Positions 1 to 6,168 of a DNA stretch of 6,798 bases are shown piece by piece. A program made the position numbers and the translations under genes. The DNA is taken from assembly GCF_006345805.1 (NCBI RefSeq), contig NW_021829234.1, positions 1 to 6,798 on the forward strand, in the 5' to 3' direction. Every line of letters starts with the position of its first letter. The first letter of the stretch is position 1. Below the pieces are notes generated by a model, which searched no databases, was not told the DNA's origin, and saw only the letters and a list, made by a program, of their open reading frames with translations. The stretch is from Octopus sinensis. Taxonomy: Eukaryota.

Positions 1-158
1 CCGACTTTACGCTCTGAGTTCAAATGACGCTGGGGTCGACGTTGCCTTTCATCTTCCAAGGGTCAATAAAATAAGTAAAGGAAGAGCAATGGAGTCAAGG
101 TAGCTGACTTTTTCTTCCCCCGAAAAATTGCTGGCCTGTTACCAAAATTTTAATCATT
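1..158 (+). mobile_element. tRNA-derived SINE-like repeat, copy A (head cut by window edge)
   Basis: It has a B-box-like GAGTTCAAAT (16-25), body GGTCGACGTTGCCTTTCATC...GGGTCAATAAAATAAGTA and tail AATTGCTGGCCTGTTACCAAAATTT. Positions 15-77 match the reverse complement of 452-514 at 48/63 by hand count. Confidence 0.85.
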
Positions 159-159
159 G

Positions 160-256
160 TTTCAGAGATGTTTCTGCCGAAGACAACTTGGCCTTTCATA
201 GACTTACCAGATTCACTGAAATTGCTGGCCTTGTGTTAAAGTTTGAAAGCAATATT
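160..256 (+). mobile_element. SINE-like repeat, copy B (internally deleted, tandem to copy A)
   Basis: CTGCCGAAGACAACTTGGCCTTTCAT is joined almost directly to GACTTACC...AATTGCTGGCCTTGTGTTAAAGTTTGAAAGCAATATT. About 52 nt of the body present in copy A are missing. Confidence 0.7.
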
Positions 257-329
257 TCAGCGAGATGTATTTTAGAAGGAAAAATGATAATGACTCTTAA
301 TCTTCGTTTGGGATTTTAGTCAACTACAA

Positions 330-566
330 ATGATAATAATAAACCTTTCTACACGAAGCACAAGGCCTTATTTATTTATTTATTTATTTTATTTATTTAT
401 TTTTTTGAGCGGGGAAACTAGTCCATTACATTGACTCCAGTGTGTGACTGGTACTTAATTGATCGACCCCGAAAAGTTGAAAGGCATGGTCAACCTCGGC
501 GGAATTTGAACTCAATACCGCAAAGCATCTCTCCAAACGTGGTAACGATTCTGCCAGTTCACCGCC

Positions 567-569
<3 letters not shown>
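330..569 (-). mobile_element. SINE-like repeat, copy C (near full length, best preserved)
   Basis: The minus strand reads AAGGCGGTGAACTGGCAGAATCGTTACC (A-box-like TGGCAGAATCG, 556-546), GAGTTCAAATTCC (B-box-like, 513-501), GCCGAGGTTGACCATGCCTTTCAACTTTTCGGGGTCGATCAATTAAGTACCAGT, then GGCCTTGTG and an (ATT)-type tail. Confidence 0.88.
368..406. repeat. (TTTA)n microsatellite inside SINE copy C
   Basis: ttatttatttatttatttattttatttatttattttttt. Confidence 0.95.
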
Positions 570-614
<45 letters not shown>

Positions 615-649
615 TAATAATGATGATAATAATAATAATAATAATAATA

Positions 650-688
<39 letters not shown>

Positions 689-697
689 GTGATGATG

Positions 698-754
<57 letters not shown>

Positions 755-755
755 T

Positions 756-794
<39 letters not shown>

Positions 795-805
795 AACAAC
801 AACAA
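568..805. repeat. Compound trinucleotide microsatellite (AAT)n/(GAT)n/(AAT)n/(GAT)n/(AAT)n/(AAC)n, about 238 bp
   Basis: Directly visible. It is the source of the poly-N/I/M/L/Y/H/C/V/S ORFs in the track. Confidence 0.99.
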
Positions 806-1161
806 GACCATTCAGAGAGCGCAAACCTCTGCCAAGGAGACACCAACATCTGCTCAACTATTAGCCAGAGATGATTTTTAAAATGAAAATATCTGAAATA
901 AACTCGACTGCTCTCACAAACGAGAATACTAAAAATGAAACCGACAGCTCACAAAAATTAAGTAAAAGTACAAGAAAAATAATTCAGAATTCTTGTCCGG
1001 AATCAGATCGATCCCAAAATCTAATCAGTTCGTGCCAGTCACGAGGCCAAACATCCATGAAAGTTTCATCCGAATTCATCCAACCTTTCTTGAGATATCT
1101 TGTCCACGGACAAACAAACGAACTGAAAACAATACTCCCACCTTCGCTAAGGCGGAAGTAA
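801..1161 (-). mobile_element. Non-autonomous Helentron-associated (HINE / DINE-1-like) element candidate, about 360 bp
   Basis: On the minus strand the 5' end is TTACTTCCGCCTTAGCGAAGGTGGGAGTA, a 12-bp stem (1133-1144/1149-1160, 10/12 paired) with a 4-nt loop. It is followed by the short internal microsatellite CGTTTGTTTGTCCGT. A degenerate copy of the terminal motif lies near the other end (plus ACCTCTGCC, 825-833, versus ACTTCCGCC, 7/9), and the element ends ...GGTCTTGTT. This layout matches DINE-1/HINE architecture. There is no coding capacity. Confidence 0.65.
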
Positions 1162-1656
1162 TAATGATGATGATTTTAAAAAGCAGGAATGTTTTCGGAA
1201 AATGGAATTTCGGATGATATATTATTAAATATATTATCTGAGTGTCTGATGAAACTTGGAAGTTTTTTTTTTTTAGAGATAATATGTACTATATTAGTTT
1301 TGATAGTGGAGGTTTTAAGTACAAAATCCTGTGTGTTGAAATATACTTAACTAGAAAGAAAGTGTTGGAGAGATGTGTCGAAATATTTACAAAACATGCG
1401 GATCAGCAGATTAATGTATATGCAAACACACAGACACGGAAACTAGATAAGCCCTCAAGCGATATATGCAAATATATCATTTAAATTTGGTTTCTAAATA
1501 CACTTGAAGACTAATTAAGAAACGGTTTATAAAATCAATAACACAATGGTATACAGAAATATTGATATTTTATTAGAACAAACAATCTCTTTATTCCGTT
1601 AACATAGAGGAAGGCGCGCAGACGATGACATCCATATGAATATATATACACAAATT

Positions 1657-1700
1657 TGTGTGTGTGTGTGTGTACAGAGAGAGAAAGACAGGGGGGGGGG
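1657..1700. repeat. Short (TG)8, GA-rich stretch and G10 run
   Basis: (TG)8 at 1657-1672, agagagagaaagac, and G10 at 1691-1700. Confidence 0.9.
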
Positions 1701-2245
1701 ATCTAATCCTAATATACATATATACAAATATTCTGATATGCAATGAGATACTTGTATTCACAAAGACATGCTGAGATAACTATGTTTATAAGAAATGAGT
1801 ATCGCGTATACACAACAGCATATAAACTCACATAAATATGTAACCATTTCCATTCACACAAACACCACACTCACGTTCGCGGGTGTATGTGTGCGTCTGC
1901 GTGTGTAAATGCATACATATATATGCATACAAGCTTTGTTTGTGCCCAGCTCCTTCATGTAACCCAACCATAACCATCATTTGATCAAATGTATTGACTT
2001 ACGAATGCTCTGGAGAGCGTGAGAACTGAAGAAGTGTGTACATGTGCAGCGAGACAAGTGTCGGTACATGCCAAATACAATACAGGCACTTCAGGGATTA
2101 ACTATCTCACCAAGGGACTTAATTTTTGTTACTATTGCTGCCTATTGTTAAACTAAACTCCCTCGTATATCAATATCTTCATTATTATTATCACCCCTTG
2201 TGGCCAATAAAAGATATGACAATAATAATAATCATTAATAATTAT

Positions 2246-2455
2246 TAAGGGTAGTGGATTGGCAGACTGTTTAGAGCGTTAAGTCAAATGCTTTCCGATA
2301 TATGTTCCGGTTATTTAAGTTGTGAGTTCAAATCACACTGATGTCCTTCGGCGTTTGTGAGAACAGGGTCACTAAAATTAAGTGCCATTCATGTTCTAGG
2401 ATCGATATAATCGACTAACATCTAAAATTGTTTCAACATTTGCACCACGTTATTA
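2246..2455 (+). mobile_element. SINE-like repeat, copy D (diverged, near full length)
   Basis: A-box-like TGGCAGACTGT (2260-2270), GAGTTCAAATCAC, GGGTCACTAAAATTAAGTGCCA and GGATCGATATAATCGACTAA. It is preceded by an (AAT)n/ATT tract. Confidence 0.7.
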
Positions 2456-2471
2456 TTTTTAAATATTGAAG

Positions 2472-2682
2472 AAAGGCGGGGAGCTAGGTGAATCGATAAC
2501 ACGCCGGACAAATTGCTTAGCAGCATTTCATCCGCCTTTACGTTTTAAGTTCAATTTCCGCCGATGTCGACTTTAACTTTTAGGGACGATAAAATAAGTA
2601 CTTGAGTGCTGAGGTCAATGTAATCGAATTAACCGCTTCCCTCAAAATTTCTGGCCTTGTATTAAAATTTGAAACCGTTATT
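2472..2682 (+). mobile_element. SINE-like repeat, copy E (full length)
   Basis: AAGGCGGGGAGCTAGGTGAATCGATAACACGCCGGACAAATTGCTTAGC...AAGTTCAATTTCCGCCGATGTCGACTTT...GGGACGATAAAATAAGTAC...GGTCAATGTAATCGA...AAAATTTCTGGCCTTGTATTAAAATTTGAAACCGTTATT. It is colinear with copies A and C. Confidence 0.85.
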
Positions 2683-2688
2683 AAATAT

Positions 2689-2803
2689 GAAGGACAGTTG
2701 AAAAGCAAACTCATCGGAGAGCCGAACAAAATAACGTGCGATATTTTTTCCGGCTCTTTTCGTTTACATTTCAATTTTTTCGAGGTCAATTTTGCTTTTT
2801 CAT
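2689..2803 (+). mobile_element. SINE-like repeat, copy F (5' half, diverged)
   Basis: GCCGAACAAAATAACGTGCGATATTTTTTCCGGCTCTTTTCGTTT...CGAGGTCAATTTTGCTTTTTCAT parallels the first half of copy E. Confidence 0.55.
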
Positions 2804-3107
2804 AAAGAGGAGTATCAGTCAAATACTAGCTTTGATATAAGAGACATTCCTCTCTCCCCAAATCACTGAAAATGTACATAGATTGAAAATAATTATACCT
2901 ATGGACTACGAAATCAGTGTTGGACAATCGAAAGGTTAAGTTTACCGGTCACTGGCTGGAGTATTCGATCAAGTAAGTTACATTCAGAAATTTTGTTTCA
3001 CACACATATAAGCATATATATTCACTTTCACTGATATATGTAAGCACGCACAACCAGAAGTCGTATTGTATTCACACTCAAGGAATATTTGAAAGCAAAG
3101 TCATAAC

Positions 3108-3152
3108 TATATATATATATATATATATATAAACAAAGGACATTACACATAA

Positions 3153-3209
<57 letters not shown>

Positions 3210-3244
3210 CATATCATATATAAGTGTGTATGTATGTATGTATG
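3108..3244. repeat. Microsatellite cluster: (TA)12, (CA)16, (TA)9, (TATG)4
   Basis: (TA) at 3108-3131, (CA) at 3160-3191, (TA) at 3192-3209 and (TATG) at 3229-3244. Confidence 0.97.
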
Positions 3245-3779
3245 ATTTTTGTGCAAGTGTGTGCTTATGCGTAGGAGTGTAAATGCGTACAAAGTTTGTG
3301 TGTGCGTGTGAGAGTGTGTCAGTGTTTGTATTAAGATATGTTGAGCATGTGTGTGAGTATTTTTGCGAGGTCTTCTTCTGAGTGAAGTGACACCGTGCAT
3401 TGCGCTGATCGCTATGTTTGCAAATGTATATTTGCTGATAAAACTAAGACCAACTGCGGTGTATCTAAGAGCTCTGTACCAAGAGGCTTATTTCATGGGA
3501 AATGGGGTGACGATGGCAAGGGATAGATCTTGAATGAGTTGTATGTATTCTACCCCATCCATTTAATATTCCTTTGCTTCCTCCTTGACATCTCTCCCTT
3601 CCATTTTTTTTTCCTACTTCCTAAAGCTATGCCTGCATTCTTTTTACCCACCCTCTTTTCATATCTTATTTCTTTCATAAAATAGTCCCCTGGTGTTTAA
3701 TGGAACTTCTGCACCTATGATATCCAGAACCCGGTAGCTAACATGTATGTTTATATTCGTTTATGACTGTATGAGTGAA

Positions 3780-3833
3780 TGTGTGTGTGTGTGTGTGAGT
3801 GTGTGTATAGAGAGATAACTATCTATCTATCTA

Positions 3834-3888
<55 letters not shown>

Positions 3889-3901
3889 ATCTATCTATCT
3901 A

Positions 3902-3932
<31 letters not shown>

Positions 3933-3943
3933 ATCTATATATC

Positions 3944-4008
<65 letters not shown>
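3780..4008. repeat. Compound microsatellite (TG)n-(TATC)n-(TA)n-(TG)n
   Basis: (TG) at 3780-3806, (CTAT/TATC) at about 3819-3944 with TA interruptions, (TA) to about 3962, and (TG) to 4008. Confidence 0.98.
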
Positions 4009-4011
<3 letters not shown>

Positions 4012-4113
4012 ATGTTTTCTTAATGACTGAAACCAACAAACGTTTTTAAAATAACTCAATAAGTAATGTAGGACCATAAATATGTTTGTTTTGAAAATGT
4101 CAAGGAAACAATA

Positions 4114-4115
<2 letters not shown>

Positions 4116-4157
<42 letters not shown>

Positions 4158-4178
4158 TGAGTGAGTGTACACACACAT
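4116..4178. repeat. (TG)20 followed by (AGTG)n and short (CA)n
   Basis: (TG)20 at 4116-4155, then agtgagtgagtgtacacacaca. Confidence 0.97.
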
Positions 4179-4874
4179 AGATTTACATATACACATATTC
4201 ACGCGTGCGCGCACAAACGCGAGCATACTTACTTGAGAACGCCTATCAAGGTAGAAACAGAACTCCCCACTTATCCTCTTATTCCCTGGCAATAAGCCCG
4301 TTCTATTTTTTTAATGGCATGTCAGTTTTGGAGAAATGCTTATTTTCGAGATTTTCTCCCCTTCTCATATGATGTTAGTCTCGACTGATGCGGGATAATT
4401 TGAATAAATCAAGAATTAATTTTGTATGGTGTTTGATACGTTTGTCTTTGTGTTACTCAAATACATGCTACTGGCCAAACCGACACACACCGAAGCTACA
4501 TACATGCATACATTTATAAATACAAATGGGTATGTATATACGCCCGTTTATATATCAAACTTTGTGTGTATTATTTAGGCATTTATATATATAGCTCCGT
4601 AGTTATCTGCAAGTACATAAAATTTAAGTAGCCATGTCTTTATACGTACTTATGTTTATTATGTTTTGTATATATATTTGTATGAGAGTGTTTGTGTGCT
4701 TGCGTACACATATATCTTCAGACATATATATAATATGCAATAACACGTACTGAAGTCCATGTATGTATGTATGTATTTGTGCGGGTGTGTTAAAGTATGA
4801 AACTCTTATTTTTCGAAAACTTCTGGAATTGGATGTTTGACACAAAATTGATACTGTATTGACACATAACATTT

Positions 4875-4935
4875 GGAAGCTCCAAAATTATGAAATATTA
4901 ATCGACTCTTACTAGATTTGAACTGAAACAAGACC
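4875..4935 (-). mobile_element. SINE-like fragment G (very diverged)
   Basis: Plus-strand ATGAAATATTAATCGACTCTTACTAGATTTGAACTGAAAC resembles TTGAAAGGCATGGTCAACCTCGGCGGAATTTGAACTC of copy C. Confidence 0.35.
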
Positions 4936-5069
4936 GTATTTAGGAGTTTGAGGATGTAATATTTGTTAAGCACGTATCATCATGAATACCGCATATAATA
5001 TAGTGTATTTTGCTCTTAAAAACTCTGTACATATCACCACAAATATTTAATACTTACGTCTATAATCTT

Positions 5070-5160
5070 AGTGAGTTGGCAGAGTTGATTGAACACTTAA
5101 ATATATAACTTTTATATTTGTTTTCTTTCTCTCTCTATGATTTGAATTTTGAGTTCTAAC
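5070..5160 (+). mobile_element. SINE-like head fragment H
   Basis: GTGAGTTGGCAGAGTTG (A-box-like; compare GTGAACTGGCAGAATCG in copy C) and TTTTGAGTTCTAAC (B-box-like). The spacer between them is T-rich and poorly conserved. Confidence 0.4.
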
Positions 5161-5227
5161 ATCAGACATATTCTTCATCTAGTATCTCTAGTGTACATAT
5201 AATATGTATCAAGTAAGCGGTAATTCA

Positions 5228-5306
5228 GTATTTCCTATCTTATCGACCCTGGATGAATACAGCTCAGAGTTTATACTAGAAAGAAAATTTAGCTCAGGAC
5301 ATAAAG
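5228..5306 (-). mobile_element. SINE-like fragment I
   Basis: Plus-strand TATCTTATCGACCCTGGATGAA...AATTTAGCTCAGGACATAAAG is the reverse complement of the body and B-box region. Confidence 0.45.
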
Positions 5307-5380
5307 TAATGCAAGGTCCCTAATTTCTAACTTAACCAAAATGACCAAGAAGAAGTAGTAAGTATATAACTGAAATTATT

Positions 5381-5455
5381 CCAGCACGAGTTTGGTACTC
5401 TATGGACGATGAAAAGCAAGTAAAATGGACCGCGGCTCAATTTGAAGTCGCACGA
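5381..5455 (-). mobile_element. SINE-like fragment J
   Basis: Plus-strand CCAGCACGAGTTTGGTACT...GATGAAAAGCAAG...GACCGCGGCTCAATTTGAAGTC parallels 438-514 of copy C. Confidence 0.5.
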
Positions 5456-5475
5456 TATTGTTAAGATCATTATCT

Positions 5476-5642
5476 AGTGGCATTTCTTCCGACTCATGAA
5501 TTCAAACCGCGCCGAGGTCAACTTTGTCTTTCATCCCATCGAGGTTGATAAAATAAAGCAACAGTCAAGGATTAGACCTGATGTAATTGACTCTCACTCC
5601 TCCAAAATTACTAGCACTGTAACAAAATTTGGAACAATTATT
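5476..5642 (+). mobile_element. SINE-like repeat, copy K (5'-truncated)
   Basis: GAATTCAAACCGCGCCGAGGTCAACTTTGTCTTTCATCCCATCGAGGTTGATAAAATAAAG...GATGTAATTGACT...CAAAATTACTAGC...CAAAATTTGGAACAATTATT. Confidence 0.8.
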
Positions 5643-5703
5643 TACTGTTGTTTTTTTTTTGTTTTTTTACTGAACTACAGGAATTCAGTAATTTTGAAGC
5701 AAG

Positions 5704-5872
5704 AGGATTAGTCACTACCATCACCGACCTTAGCATGTAGATGGTACTTCGTTTTATCTATCTCAAAATGCAAAGCTCACTCTGACCAGATTTGAACTTA
5801 GAATGTAAAAACTGGAACAAAATGTCGCAAGCCATTTTTCTCCCAAGGACTGACAATTGTACCAATTCACCA
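5704..5872 (-). mobile_element. SINE-like repeat, copy L (diverged, includes head)
   Basis: Plus-strand ATGGTACTTCGTTTTATCTATC...ATTTGAACTTAGAATGTAAA. The head TGACAATTGTACCAATTCACC matches TAACGATTCTGCCAGTTCACC of copy C at 16/21. Confidence 0.65.
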
Positions 5873-5894
5873 ACAAACTTAAAATTTACTCGTG

Positions 5895-5918
5895 GCTTTA
5901 TTCTCATAGCTTTATTCT
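5895..5918 (-). promoter_or_regulatory. Tandem AATAAA hexamers (candidate intronic polyadenylation signal) within a 10-bp direct repeat
   Basis: Plus-strand GCTTTATTCT at 5895-5904 and 5909-5918 reads AGAATAAAGC twice on the Lhx1/5 sense strand. It is followed on that strand by AAATTTTAAGTTTGTTGGTG (U/GU-rich). Function is untested. Confidence 0.3.
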
Positions 5919-6168
5919 GGCAGGTGTAGAGGTATGGGTGTAGGCAAATCTTGTAGTTTTATCCCGTCATGAGATTTTAAATTAATCACAATCTAAACTC
6001 TGTTCCTTTTCATGACACACATCATATAAAAATACCTGTAATATACCAAATGAGTCGATTTACACGACAATGTTTTGTTCACACTTACAGAAGCAAACTT
6101 TGTTTCTTGGTCGAACCTAAAATACAGAAATATTGCCAATACATGTTTAATATAAAAAGGTTCCTCAC

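Larger units (their letters stand above)
1..6168 (-). other. Homeobox-interrupting intron of Lhx1/5 (at least 6168 bp; continues beyond window position 1)
   Basis: It starts GTGAGG at 6168 directly after the Q46 codon. An intron between HD codons 46 and 47 is a widely conserved position. I found no minus-strand VWFQNRR exon between 1 and 6168. Confidence 0.9.

Noticed and set aside
495-569. tRNA gene
   Set aside because: It has A/B-box-like motifs, but I could not build a cloverleaf, and it continues into a repeated SINE body.
431-857. Four overlapping ORFs with homopolymeric amino-acid runs
   Set aside because: They are translations of the (AAT/GAT/AAC)n array plus SINE sequence and are stop-free only because of the repeat.
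871-1217. ORFs 871-1161 and 993-1217
   Set aside because: They lie in the HINE-like element and have no recognisable domain or Rep/helicase motifs.
1210-1241. 14-bp hairpin TCGGATGATATATT/AATATATTATCTGA
   Set aside because: It is mostly AT and needs two G-U pairs that become C-A mismatches on the transcribed minus strand. It lies outside the inferred element boundary.
1978-1991. Perfect 14-bp palindrome CATTTGATCAAATG
   Set aside because: About one such palindrome is expected by chance in 6.8 kb of AT-rich DNA, and it misses the TCF/LEF consensus CTTTGAT by one base.
2246-2803. Tandem roughly 220-bp units as a CRISPR-like or satellite array
   Set aside because: The context is eukaryotic, there are no short identical repeats with unique spacers, and the units are diverged SINE copies also found dispersed in the window.
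2580-2822. ORFs here and at 128-319 and 5496-5711
   Set aside because: They are short frames running through SINE copies with no protein signature.
3495-3680. Purine-rich then pyrimidine-rich stretch with ATGGGGT/ACCCCAT inverted repeat
   Set aside because: The inverted match is only 7 bp and there is no mirror symmetry long enough to argue for H-DNA or a defined element.
4009-4038. Minus-strand TGG TTT CAG (WFQ) as the missing next homeobox exon
   Set aside because: It reads CWFQSLRKH-stop, not VWFQNRRSKERR, and has no AG acceptor before a Val codon.
4340-4420. Possible further minus-strand SINE remnant (GTCTCGACTGATGCGGGATAATTTGAA)
   Set aside because: Similarity to the other copies is too patchy to call by eye; a profile-HMM search would decide.
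3143-4872. ORFs rich in HT/CV/IY/YL dipeptides
   Set aside because: They are translations of CA/TG/TA/TATC microsatellites.
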